Assembly (NCBI GenBank): GCA_951406725.2
Contig: OX597823.1
Span: 103,044,001-103,108,000 of the forward strand
From: Octopus vulgaris
Taxonomy: Eukaryota
DNA: 64,000 bases
Direction: 5' to 3'
Shown here in pieces: positions 1 to 12,699 of the stretch (position 1 is its first letter; each line of letters opens with the position of its first letter). The notes beneath the pieces were generated by a model, which was given only the letters and a program-made list of their open reading frames with translations, had not been told where the DNA came from and ran no database searches. The position numbers were made by a program, and so were the translations under genes.

Positions 1-555
1 AACAAGAACAGCAGCTCCATTAAATCTAACACAGCATCAAGCTACATCCTTATTAATTTATGAAACGTCTATCTTTGAGAAAGTTCCTCTGACTTGATAT
101 GGCTGTGTAGTTCAAATTTAGTGATTCAAAAAGATGTCCAATCGTTATAGCATATCCAGGACAGCACACCTAAACAATACAAGATGATCATGGCAAAATA
201 ACTTCAATCAATGCAGTATTCAAACGGCATGTTACTCAAATTATTTACCCACAACAACAATTATTATCATTAACTACACTGACCTTATTGGATTTTATTC
301 TTGTCATTCCAAGAAGACATTGCATCATTCCTTATAAAAAATTTTACTTTTTAAATTTTTTTTTTATATATTTCTGCTCCACCCCTTGAAATATGTCGAA
401 TTTCAAACCTTGTAAACTTTGTGAATTTTGAATTTTTTACCAATGCTGCCTTTGAAGGTTTTTTTCTACCCTGTTGATGACTTGTTCCCTCCCTCCCACC
501 CAATTTTATTTAGAAACAGATAAAAACCAAAATCAAATAGAAAGTTATTTCTTAC

Positions 556-663
556 CTGCCCCTTGATAAGATGTAACAGGAAAGCTAATGCAACATGCCT
601 GTCTTCTGTAACAGGAGATTCTACCAAATCTTTGATAGCTTGCCATATGGCAGCCACAGCATT
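556..663 (-). CDS. TSC2: TSC2/tuberin, third coding exon (36 codons)
   Basis: TTCCAG|AAT...CAG|GTAAGA. Encodes NAVAAIWQAIKDLVESPVTEDRHVALAFLLHLIKGQ versus human [37 protein letters not shown]. Confidence 0.95.
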
Positions 664-2244
664 CTGGAATGAGAAAATTGATAAATTAGTTAATATAATA
701 TTAGTTATCAATAATATTTTATTTACAATAGACAGAGGCTGGGGGTAAAATGGCTTTTTTTGAACACACATGTACACATACGTGCATGTGTCTATCCAGT
801 CAACATCCACAGACCCTGTCAGATTTGCATCTTCTAGTGACGAACAATTTCACCATCACGACCATCACCCCTCTTCCAATGAGGGATCATGTCTGATAAT
901 CTATGATGTATTCTCTCTGAAGTATCTTTCTATATTGTGATCTTTTCCTGGCCCCTTATTGTGCTCTGTTCTCTCCCTGGTCCTTGTTGTCTTCTCTCTC
1001 TGCTCCTTTTGATGTGCTCTGTTCTCTCCTTGGCTTCTGTCTGGTGTGCACTTGTACCTTGTTATGCTATATTCCCTTTTAGCTTACTCAGGCTTTGCTA
1101 GCTACATCTTGTCTTCATTGTCAACTAATCCATAACACACATGCCTTATAATTCACTACTCTAACGCTCTCTATTCCCCCACAAGCATCACGCTAAGTAT
1201 TGCAAACAATCCTCCTTTCCAATGGCCACTAACTTGGGAACCAGCCCATTTCATGTGTATTCCTGCATTACACATTCACATTGTCTAGGCTTCACATAAA
1301 CTGCATCAGACAAGGACTATACATTCAATAGACAAATCTCTTTCTGTTCTTGGTTTTAGAATAGGTACACCGTGTCAGAGGAAGTAACTAGAATGACTGG
1401 TAATAGGAAGGGCAGCCAACCATAAAATACTTCTGAATAGCCATCCATGGCCACACAGAAGAGTGGATGTAAAATGCTTATGAAGAGGACATGCAAAAAT
1501 GAAATACTATACAAATGAATGATATTATAAGCTATAATTTTTAATGAATATACAATCATGAGTTAATTGCATGAATGAATTAACTTGGACTGACACAATA
1601 CACACACAAGGTGGTATGCCAGTCGAGTTTTGCTCACAATGACTAAAATAAACTTAAGAACTAAAGAATATGTGAAAATATATATACACGGTAATGGAGA
1701 AGATCATAGATGATTTTCTTTTCTTCAACTGGTTTCAGTCAGTAGATTGAAGCCATACTGTGCCATTGTCTTCTCAGCTTTTTACTCATTCATACTGACC
1801 TCAGCAGTCTTAGTGCTTATCTTACCAATCTGCTCTGGGAAAATTGGTAAGCTAATCATGGTGCAAAGAGACAGAACTGAACACAACACATTAGTTTTGT
1901 TCATACTCCATGCATACACACAACTAATAAGCTTCATTCATTGACCAAATTTCACTCCCAAGGCTTGCCCAAAGCACCACCTTACATTGGGATCAAACTC
2001 AGAATTATGTGGTTGTAAAGCAAGCTTAACCATATAGCCTTGCCCTTACATCTGTATATCCAATAAGCGCTATATGTATGTGCATAATTTCATTTTAATG
2101 CCCTGTTTGTGTCCATATTTGCACAGGCTGTGCACATTCTGTTTAACAACACTTGTGACCAATATATACAACAGCAGATGTTACTAGAAATGTAGAACTA
2201 TAATGTACCTCAGAACAAGTGTAGCAATGCTTTATTATTATTTA

Positions 2245-2525
2245 TTATAGCCAGGTTCCAACCCAGGCCATAGCAAAAAAGTCCATTCACTACACTTCTT
2301 GGTCCAACATTACTGCCTCAAAGTCCTGGATACATTCCAAGCCAGTGTCTGTGATCAAGACATCGATGTATGTGTGATGACGTTTTCCCCTTCTTATATC
2401 ACCATGAAGTGGGTTCCACAAGACTAATTTGGATGCTTCCAGTTCAGGGTGGCACACACAGTAACCAGATATCCACAGACATCTTTCCCTGTTCTTCTTG
2501 CTAACTTTGAGCAGGCCTCCATAAA
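2245..2525 (-). mobile_element. RTE-clade LINE 3' fragment, decayed
   Basis: Reverse strand gives ...CHPELEASKLVLWNP..HG...TYIDVL-like C-terminal motifs, with an (AAT)n-like tail near 2232-2248. Confidence 0.55.
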
Positions 2526-2981
2526 GGCATTAGTGTGTGTGTGTGTGTGAAGTACTCAGAACCATGTTAGCCAATGTCCCACTTTTAAGGTAGTAGAGTT
2601 TAATTTGGGGGAGATTCGGCTATTTCTAGTGAGTTGGGTGACCATGTAGAGATTCGTTTGAAGAATTGGGATAACTGGATAAGATCAGTATAGTTAGAGT
2701 TTGGTATTAAGAATTGTTAAATACAAACACAGGTAAAGGAAAAGGTTTTCATCACAGAGAAAAAGGCTTCAAGGAAGTTGTTACCGTTATTGAGTAACTC
2801 TGTCCAACCTTCAACAAGCAGACCTACAACATGTAAGTAATTTAGTTGAACAACTGAATGTAATCAACAGATCCAGTTATATAATGGTAAAACTTAGTTG
2901 ATGTCATTTTCACTACTGTCCAATCTGTTCTCGCTGGCAGGTTCTCATAATGGTCACAGTGGAGAAGGAGAAAGTGGATTT

Positions 2982-3215
2982 TAATTTCTTTATTGCCCAC
3001 AAGGGGCTAAACATAGAGAGGACAAACAAGGACAGACAAAGGGATTACGTCGATTACATCGACCCCAATGCGTGACTTGTACTTAATTTATCGACCCCGA
3101 AAGGATGAAAGGTAAAGTCGACCACGGTAGAATTCGAACTCAGAACGTAATGGCAGGCGAAATACCGCTAAGCATTTCGACCGTCGTACTAACGTTTCTG
3201 CCAGCTCACCACCCT
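2982..3215 (-). mobile_element. tRNA-headed SINE, family N (GCCTTTCATCCTTTCGGGGTCGATAAA core), full length with 17-bp TSD
   Basis: TSD AAGGAGAAAGTGGATTT at 2965-2981 and 3216-3232. A-box/B-box-like head (GAGCTGGCAGAA...GAGTTCGAATTC). Confidence 0.9.
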
Positions 3216-3532
3216 AAGGAGAAAGTGGATTTAGTCACAGACAGACAATTGCTGTACCTCTGCACTTATTGTTTGTGGTGCATAATCTAGCAGTGTTTCA
3301 GACTGATGACACAATTGATGTTGTCGTTATTTTCGTATGCATTCTTGTGTATTTTTTATGCTTGTCTGAAGCAAGGGGATAATAAAAGCACTCTTAGAAT
3401 GATGCTGTACACATGTTCAAGAAGATTGTAGGTAAATAAGATCATTGTGGGAAATAATGTGGAACAGAGAACGTTAGAGCAACAACTTTTCTAACTTCTT
3501 ATGTCAAATTTCAATATAGTTGTCCCTGTTAA

Positions 3533-4637
3533 CCATTTCGTTACCAAAGCCGCCCGAAAAAAATTTTGGTTAATGTGACCAAACCACCCAAACCCGCACG
3601 AATTTACCTATTCATATTTAAATGAGAATATCAGAGCAAATCTCTTTAGTACATTCGTGAAAACACGTGATTATGCTTCGTAAACAGTTAATCTACAGTT
3701 TTGTGTAGATCGACGTGTAATTTTAATTCCCTGAATTTTGGGAGATTTTTTTCCACATTTTTTTCAGCATCGATTTTTCTTCAACTTTGAAAATGGATAG
3801 GAGTTTCATGTTATCAAGCATTGATTCTGAATTGGAAAATTTGTGAAACAAATACTGGGTACTGTTGTGGATTTAGTTTTTATACAGGGAAACTAATGTT
3901 AGTCAGCATGGCTTAGGGTATGATGTGGTCTGGAAGTTATTGTTTGAAGCGATCAATGCGGAAACAAACTTACGCAGAATGTAAACAAACACAAAATGGG
4001 GGTTCAAATTTCTGAAAATTTGTGAAGCAAATACTGGGTACTGCGTGGATTTAGTTTTTATACAGGGAAAATAATGTTAGTCAGCATGGCCTAGGGAACG
4101 ATGTGGTCTGGAATTTATCACTTCCATACCATAACCAGGGCCGTATATTATTTTTTGACCGATTTCTTTAGTTTGGTCAAACTTACGGTGGATTCCAATA
4201 TTTCATTTTATTCCACCTTTATGGTACACCTGTTGTGCAGTAAATTCAACTGATGATATAGTGATGTGCACAATTCTTCTTTATCAAAATTTTGTTGCAT
4301 ACCCATTTGAATATTAGCTGATGATTCATTTTCTATGGTGATGTTTAAACAAAATTTTAATATTTTTACCTTTTGCTCATTTAAAATTTTAATAATTTTA
4401 CCTTTTGTTCAATTTACCTGGATTTACCTGTAATTAAAGTCACTTTGAGACAAAAGTTATGCAATAGAATTGATTAAGAACCCTTTCTTTAATTATGTTC
4501 CAAATATCACATTAATATGTTGATAAGTAAAAAAGTTACAGTTATTTAATGAAACAAGCCTAGATTCATGATTATTTTAGAATTTAATTGAAACTCATGA
4601 GGGGTGTATTTTGGACAGAAATATAGTAACGAAAGGG
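3533..4637. mobile_element. Non-autonomous piggyBac-type element (1.1 kb)
   Basis: TTAA on both sides; TIRs CCATTTCGTTAC / GTAACGAAAGGG; internal ~100-bp direct repeat (3835-3934, 4014-4112); no transposase ORF. Confidence 0.85.
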
Positions 4638-5084
4638 TTAATCAAGTGGTCTGTTGTGATGGGAAATGTATTATTTTGTATTCTTAGTTGTGGAGTTAAG
4701 ACAAGACTGATAGAGATAATGTATTGTTTGTACATTAATGCTGCTGTTTCTGTGTTTGCAAAAAAGTGGTGTCTATTGTGAGGTGCTTTGCAAAGTTCTA
4801 AACATATATTTTGTACTCTGTGAACCTACAAGAAATAACAGCCAAATCTTCTTCAAACCACCTCCTACCATATTAAAAAAAAATGGGGGAAAACAATGAA
4901 AAATTCAAAAAAATCTATATAGAGCAGAGGTCTAGAAACAAGATGCCACAAGGCTGTAGTACATTGTGTTTCTATTAAATGGTAGAGTATCAAGAATGTG
5001 AGAGAGGTGGAGACTGATGTAATGGTGTCAGATAAGAGAAACAGACAGAAAGGGAAAGAGAGAGAAACAGCTCTGTTGTATCTT

Positions 5085-5605
5085 TTATCTTACTTGTTTC
5101 AGTCATTGGATTGTGGCCATGCTGGGGCACTGTCTTGAAGTGTTTAGTTGAACGAATCAACTCCCATACTTATTCTATCAGTCTCTTTCATGGAAACCAC
5201 TAAGTTATGAATGAGGATGTAAACAAGCCAACACCAGTTGTTAGTGGGAGACAAACACAAAGACACACACACACATGCATGCATACTTACATACATACCA
5301 AGCATCACACTAATACACCTGCTTGTTCCCTCACCTGCCTTTGTCTTTTGTTTTCTGTACATTTGAACCATATAAGTATGTATGGAGAGCAGACATTAAA
5401 CAATGATGATGATGAAACATATATGTACACACACACAGTGGGTTTCGTTTCTACAATGCTCATCATCAAAATTCATTCACAAGGCACTGATCAACCAGGG
5501 TCAACAGTAGAAAATACTTGTCCAAGTTAGAATGCAGTGGGACTGAACCTGAAACTACATGGTTGCAAAGTGAGCTTCTTAACCATACAGCCATGCCTGT
5601 GCCTA
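5085..5605 (-). mobile_element. tRNA-headed SINE, family C (CCTTGGGCAAGTG CORE-like), decayed
   Basis: Reverse-complement similarity to the intact copy at 56826-57205. Confidence 0.75.
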
Positions 5606-5784
5606 TATTTAATTCAATGTAAATGTTTTATATTCTCAGAGAATTCCATAAGAGCCAGTATTTGGTTCTGGATTCAGAACATCAGGTAGATGAGAGAGTA
5701 ATCTCCTTCTGGATAGAAGATCAGTCTTCTACAGCTATTTCCAAATGAATGGTATCTATTTTGAACAGTTAGCCAGTGGCTCTC

Positions 5785-6012
5785 TGAGCTGGCAGAATCG
5801 TTAGCACGCCGGGCGAAATGCGTAGCCATATTTCATCTGCTGTTATATTCTGAGTTCAAATTCCACCGAGGTTGACTTTGCCTTTCATCCTTTTGGGGTC
5901 GATAAATTAAGTACCAGTTACGCACTGGGGTCAATTACATCGACTTAATCTGTTTGTCTGTCCTTGTTTGTCCCCTCTGTGTTTAGTCCCTTGTGAGTAG
6001 TAAAGAAATAGG
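5785..6012 (+). mobile_element. SINE family N
   Basis: GAGCTGGCAGAATCGTTAGCACGCCGGGCG...TAAAGAAATAG; inverted relative to 2982-3215. Confidence 0.9.
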
Positions 6013-6127
6013 TTCTCAAATGGAATAAAGCAATGGATATCTAGGTGCTTTAGAAAATTCCAGATCAATACTTGAGCATCTCAGAAAACCTCCTCTTGAT
6101 TGTTTGGTTATACACAAGTATGACTAA

Positions 6128-6349
6128 CTCTTTAGCATTTAGATTACTCTGTAAAATGCAATGTTTATTTATTCACATTGTTTTGAACTGATCATGCATT
6201 ATCTTGCAGCTTCAAAATTTGAACAATGTGATTGTTTATTTCAGAATAACATTGTAGAGTAGCTACAAGAGGTCGAATCTGGCTAGTTTGAACATAAAAC
6301 CAAGGGAATATATTTGAGGTGGATATGGCCAGTTTAAATGTTGAAGAGC
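6128..6349. mobile_element. piggyBac-type MITE family A, decayed
   Basis: Reverse-complement similarity to 20239-20462 (CCCTTTAGCATT termini). Confidence 0.7.
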
Positions 6350-7659
6350 TGATTAAACAAGGTAAGCAATAATTTTCTATATTTTTTTCTGATTGTAAAT
6401 TTTAAAATATAATCTTGTTTAATTTTCCATGTAAAATATACCAGTATATTATTATTTAATCTCCAGTATGTCACAAAACCAAGAAGATTGAAAACCACAG
6501 AGTTCAGCAAAATGCGAATTCATAATTCATAACTAAGTTAATATCTTATCTGTGCAGTTGTTTTATTTCAACTGCCCATGGGAGACCAATAGTTATAGAA
6601 TGTTGGTGAATAAGGTCTTACTTAACAATCAAATAATTTCTTCAGCATGATCTAGAATGTATTGATTTTGCTATTATTTAACCCTAAGTCAGTTTTGACA
6701 GAGCAAACCTGTGATCCATGCTTTTCTGTTTCTTTCTAGGCATAGTGTATTTTGGATTAAGTTATTCAATGTATACTTTCTTTTTGAAGATAGTAAAGTT
6801 AACTCTGAAGGCAAAGTGGCAGCTATTTGTAGCAGATAAACCATGTTGATGTTCTCTCATTGGCTCATCTAGAACATGCATACATGGTGGACATACTGTG
6901 CTAGACAAGAAAGCAATACTATGGCATATGATGTACTTGTGCTTCATATAAAGTTAGCAGCAGATTTCTATATCTCTAAACAAGATTCACCTATTGGTTA
7001 CTATCCACTAAGTAGGAGGAATAATTCTAAAAGAAGATTAATCATCCACAAGAGGATCTGAACTCAATGATAGGTGTCTGAGCAGTTTGCAATAGCATTT
7101 TATGTTTCCCATGCAAATAAGAGTTGAACAAATGTATAAACACAGACACTGGCATCTGTCCTTGAAATGGATGTTTCTATTACTGAATCTTGTTCCCAGT
7201 GCCAAAATACTCCTTCACAATAAACAACTGCTACCTATCTACCAGCTTAGTAGACTGCCATGAACAGAAATATAATTAAATAAATATAAATTCAATATTG
7301 TTTCAGTGGTAAGTAAATATTATAAGAGTTACTTAAATTATGACAAAATTTGATTTGCTTAATATTTAAACATGCATAATAAGATGTATCTAGTTTGCAA
7401 TTTTTGAAGTGCTTAGTAAAAGGATGGGCACTCAGTTATTGAAACCTTAAAACCATGCCAAAAGGACACAACAAAGATCAGCATATTTCTCTGTTACTGC
7501 ATGTTTGTCTGATGATGAAGGACTGAGAATGGTGAAACACTGTGTAACCAATTCCATTACAGAAAAATGACATCAGGAAGAAGAGGTACAAGAACTGTAA
7601 GGCTACCTCTAAGACTTCAGAAGCAGAACACTTTCAGAGATATAAAGCATAGAGTACTT

Positions 7660-7970
7660 CAGGTAAGATGGCAAGATAGACTCACAAAGCCTTGAGTCAA
7701 TCAGAACCCAGATCAAAAGCAGGGAATGGGGCTGGATGGGACACACCCTATGAAAACCCATTTCCAACATTACAAGGAAAGTCCTCAGGTGAATGCTCCG
7801 AGGGAGACAGAAGTGTGACAGACCAAAAACAACATGGTGAAGGATCACAGAAACTGAAGTGATGGGAGGTAGCTACACCTGGATACTGTAATTCATTGCC
7901 AAAGATCAAGACTGATGGAAATCTTTTGTTGGTACCCTGTGCTCCACATGAACCCAAAAGAACTAAAGAA
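7660..7970 (+). mobile_element. RTE-clade LINE 3' end
   Basis: IKSREWGWMGHTL*KPISNITRKVLR...RPKTTW C-terminal motif with stops. Confidence 0.75.
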
Positions 7971-8084
7971 AGACAACATGTCCGAATAAAAGAGTAAGAA
8001 AAAATAAAATATTCCAGAGATTCGTTCATCCAGATCACAGAGTTTGGGGTTTAATTAATGTCTTTCCTAAACACACAGTTTTGG

Positions 8085-8199
8085 GCTCAGTTCCACTGTG
8101 TGGCACTTTAGGCCAGTGTTTTCTACTATAGCCATGAGCTGACCAAAGCCTTGTAAGTGGATTTGGTAGGCAGAAACTGAAAGAATCCCATTGTGTGTA

Positions 8200-8234
<35 letters not shown>

Positions 8235-8440
8235 CTTTATGCTTATATTTAACCCCAACTATTTTATAACTGGTATTGGTTTGTTTACATCCTCATAATT
8301 TAGTGGTTTGGCAAAGAGAGACAAATGGAATACCAGGCTAAAAAGAAATAAGTACTGAGATTCTTCTGCTTGATTACACCCTTTAAGGTGGTGCCCCAGC
8401 ATGGTCATAGCCTAATGAATACAAGAAGTAAAAGACAAAG
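8085..8440 (+). mobile_element. SINE family C with internal (TG)n
   Basis: Similarity to 56826-57205. Confidence 0.75.
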
Positions 8441-9286
8441 CATAAAAAATACTAGAGAGACAGATGATAAAATTGTGTAAAATGGATTTAAAATACTCGA
8501 ATGTATATTCAAATGTATCCAGAGTGTATAAGACTTTGGTAAAATGGGAGATGTGCATGATCAAGATAGATGGAAATCTTTTGTTGATACCCTATGCTCC
8601 ACATGGACTCAAAAGAACTACAGAAAGACAACATGTCCTAGTTAAAAAGTGAGAGAAAATAAAATATTCTTTACAATAAGGGAAGAATAAGAACACTACT
8701 GGAGAGATACAACATATTTTTATATTGATAGATACAATAACACACAACACACTAAGAATTACTCTCCAAATATTGTTTACTAATAGGCATGTGTGTGTGT
8801 GTGTGTGTTTTGTTTGCTACTGAACTGTGTAAAACTATCAGCTTACATTGTTTTCTTGTAAGAAATATCTGCAATTCTTTCATAGAGAAAGAGCCTGAGA
8901 ACAAGAAACAAGGAAAGTGCTTGCTGATAAAAATAGTGAATATACATCATTTATATGATGAAGGTTGTATATCTGATGTATTTTACATTTAAATCCTACA
9001 TATTATAGCAAAAGAATTTTGAGCAGAATGATGTGTAGATGGATAAAGCTTAAGGAATAACTTGAAGTTATAAAGTGGCACAGAAAAATATATTAGCATT
9101 TCACTCAAAAGCTGTTTGACTGGCAGAACCTTTAGAGCATCCTAAAACAATAGTTCTAGCAATTTGCATTTTGAGTTCAAATTCTACCAAGGTCAAATTG
9201 CCTTTCATTTCTCCAAGATTGATAGATAAGGTACAAGACAAACACTGGACTCAATTCATTTTTCTCTATCTCATATATATACATGC

Positions 9287-9287
9287 A

Positions 9288-9333
<46 letters not shown>

Positions 9334-9370
9334 CATACATACACACACACAGACATACACACACACACAC
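9287..9370. repeat. Compound (TG)n(TA)n(CA)n microsatellite
   Basis: Seen directly in the sequence. Confidence 0.95.
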
Positions 9371-9937
9371 CTATAATCCCAGAATCAGTTAGAAACTGAT
9401 CTATGTGGTTAGCTGTTAGCTGGAACTTTAATTTTGAGTAAAGAGACTGGGACATTGTCTCATCATTCTCACCTTGACAAACAACAATGGTACCTAAAGT
9501 AAGTCACACAAAAATGTCTATAGTTCCTAGAGGGTATTATTTTTTGTCCCCTACTGAGCATTTCTTATATGCTGGTATTTGAAACAAAGACCAGAAAAGC
9601 AAAAAGATTCAAAAATAAAAAGAACTACTTAATATAATTTAGTACAACAGGTTTGTGATGGCAGGGTTGAAATGAGAGAAATTTTATTTGCTATTTCTAA
9701 CAGATCAAGTAACCACAAAAAAGGTTCCTCATTGGTTTGGTTTCTTTCCAATTTTTAGGTTAGGTTTCAAATTTCTTCTGCTTCATATCCATTACCTTAC
9801 AGAAAGTTAATTCCTATGAAGAGTTCTCCAACTCATCTAACACTAGACACTAAATTAAAAAAAAACTATGATGAGTGAGATGGAGAGGAGCAGCCATATT
9901 GTCGAGAGGAAAGGAGCAAAGTAAAAAGTCCCTTTAA

Positions 9938-10255
9938 CCCATAAAGCGCTGGGACTTGCACTTACATAACATGGACTGTTGAGCACATTTTATGAAAACG
10001 AGACTATCATGCACACATAAAAACAAAAAAATAGTTAAAATATCTTCTTAGTATATAAGGGTGGCAAGTTTTACATCATCTGAAAAGTCATTAGTTGAAC
10101 TATTAGTCCTCTTGCATTCTGGTGGGTATCAGAGCGTTTGAGTGACATTAGACCCCAACAAACGGCCATAAATTAAATGCATCCATCTGGGCTACGATCG
10201 TGGCCTGTCGAACTGTGCCTGACATCCATGATCATGGCCCGTCACGCTTTATGTG
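9938..10255. mobile_element. piggyBac-type MITE (CCCATAAAGCG termini)
   Basis: TTAA|CCCATAAAGCG ... CGCTTTATGTG|TTAA. Confidence 0.75.
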
Positions 10256-10283
10256 TTAAGGGAGTAAAAAGTAGTGTTATTAA

Positions 10284-10503
10284 CCCTTTCGTTGCTGTAT
10301 TTATTTTGAGATGCTCTCTGTTTCTTTCAATTACTTTAAATATAACAAAGAATTTACTAAAATAACTTAGTTATCATTAAGCTAGTGATAGGAATATAAA
10401 TTGTGATTAAGGTTTGGTGGTAGATATTAAGTCAAAACTTATGAAAACAAGACATTTGTACTCAGAGCCAGGTCCTGTTTCAGCTGGGTTGGTATCAAAA
10501 GGG
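10284..10503. mobile_element. piggyBac-type MITE family B (220 bp)
   Basis: TTAA|CCCTTTCG...AAAGGG|TTAA; a highly similar second copy lies at 24657-24876. Confidence 0.9.
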
Positions 10504-11483
10504 TTAATGTAGTTCGTGTGACTTCTATGATGATGATGATAGAAAACAGACTCATTTGACATGAGCTTAATCCCATTTCTAGTGTGTGTGAATGACTGAG
10601 AATACAATCCCCCACTCCTGGACAAGACGGTGGTCTGCCACAAAGTCAACCCCACTCACCCCAGTTGCTATGAAGACCAAGCAAAATAGGTGAGGAACAA
10701 GGAAACAGAATTGAAGTCTAGTCCTTTTGAGTCATATTGCTTATATTCCAAACACCAACTTAATAATCACAAAATTATGAAATAAAATTTTCAAAATTAA
10801 CTGAAACAATAGCAGTGTATATAAACAGAAATATGATAATGAAAGGGTTAAAAAACGGAATCTATGAATGGAAAAATTCCACAGCACATTATAGATAAGA
10901 AAACAAAAATATAGAATAGTTGAGTTAGTGTTAACTTATTTAATGCAAAGACTATGGGAAAAAAAACTAACAAGAAATATAAAGATGGTAAGGAAAAAAA
11001 CACATGTTAATAACTAATATTTTCATTTTTCTGACAAGGCAACATTGCACATGTTTTGATTTTATTTTGATCTCATAAGCAAAAGATAACTGGGAAAATG
11101 AAAATACTGGTTAGTAACTAATGCTGTTTTTACCTCACCGCATAATTACTTCTGTTAGCTTTTTATTGCTCCCTGCATTAAATGTTCACACTACTTAACT
11201 ATTGTTTGGTGTTACTGAGTTATCTATTTTCTCAACAAAACAAAGTTATAGAAGTCAAATTGTATGAAGAGCTTTCCTACAGAACAATCCTCAATACCAG
11301 CCACTTTATGGATGATCAATGACCTAACTAAATATGGAGTAGCTTGGTGATGGAAGGGAATATCTGATAAGACTACAAGAGATAAACAAAAGGTTTAGAA
11401 GAAGTGAGGCAGGTGGTGGGAATCAGATAGCAAGAATTATATTTAGAGAGTAGTAAAAAAAAAATGCTGAATATAACTAGATT

Positions 11484-11676
11484 ACCTGTGCTGGTGGCAC
11501 ATAAAAAGCACCCACTACACTCTTGGAGTGGTTGGCGTTAGGAAGGGCATCCAGCTGTAGAAACATTGCCAGATCAAGACTGGAGCCTGGTGCAGCCTCC
11601 TGGCTTCCCAGACCCCGGTCGAACCGTCCAACCCATGCTAGCACAGAAAACGGACGTTAAACGATGATGATGATGA
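11484..11676 (+). mobile_element. (GAT)n-tailed SINE-like retroposon, family G
   Basis: GGCGTTAGGAAGGGCATCCAGCTGTAGAAAC core and GGACGTTAAACGATGATGAT tail; about 20 related copies in the window. Confidence 0.88.
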
Positions 11677-11805
11677 CATGAGAATATATCAATGAGCAGG
11701 ATATTTGGCAATGGGTTAAATTATGAAGAGGCAAGAAGTTTCCATATGAATTGAGAGATTTAATGAACAGTGATGTCATCAAAGAAAAGTGCCTGAAATT
11801 ATATA

Positions 11806-12251
11806 TAGTCGTGGCCAAAAGTTTGGAACAAAGGTTTGAAAATTAGAATTTTTATATTAAATGCCTAAAGTTATATTTAACCCTTTAATGTTTAAACCAG
11901 CCAAAATATTCCACTTCTTTTATGTTTAAACTGGCCGGATCTGGCTGCTCACATTTACCTTGCAATGTCTTTTTAAAAATAGACAACCACATCATCAATA
12001 TCTCAAAGTTGCAAGATAATGTGAGATTAATTCAAAACAACGTGAAGAAATAAACATTACACTTGACAAAATGATCTGAATGCTAAAGGGTTATTTTACA
12101 ATATATTATTACTTGGCCAAAAGTTTGGAACAAAGGTCTGAAAATTAGAATTTTTATATTAAATGCCTAAAGTTATATTTGAATTAAATTGTATTTGGGC
12201 ATAACAATTTTAATTTTTTTAAAAATGTTCCAAACTTTTGGGCCATGACTG
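11806..12251. mobile_element. Tc1-like MITE with a nested piggyBac MITE A (11881-12090)
   Basis: TA|TAGTCGTGGCCAAAAGTTTGGAACA ... TGTTCCAAACTTTTGGGCCATGACTG|TA. Nested element TTAA|CCCTTT...AAAGGG|TTAT. Confidence 0.85.
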
Positions 12252-12699
12252 TAAGAACTCTTATTCTTGCTGACAATGAAAATATGCATCAAAAAAGTTA
12301 TTAAGCAAAGATTATTAAGCGAAATAAAGAAAATCTCCCAGTGGAAACAACAAATGAGTCAATTGCAGATATAAAACAGGACAAAGGAAATTACATAAAC
12401 TATAGTAAATGGCTTGTGTGAATCAAAAGCCTGCTCAGCAGCAGATTTTAATAATTATAGATATGTATTACAAGATATCTAAAGACAAACATAGCAAATA
12501 CTGAGGTACTAGTTAGTAGCAGGGATTCAAGAAAGCTTAATAGCACAAATGATATGACCTTGTTCATTGTGCAAGAAGATGCAAGCAGACACCTGAAAGT
12601 TTGAAATTTGCAAAAAATTAGAGAATGAAGAACCATACTACTCATTCTAAGATAATCATATGACTGCTCTCAACCCTGATACCTATCTGCCTTTAAGCT

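Noticed and set aside
7505-7550. CTGATGA...GAAAC hammerhead ribozyme-like core
   Set aside because: The sequence between the core motifs does not form stem II, and no convincing stem I is present.
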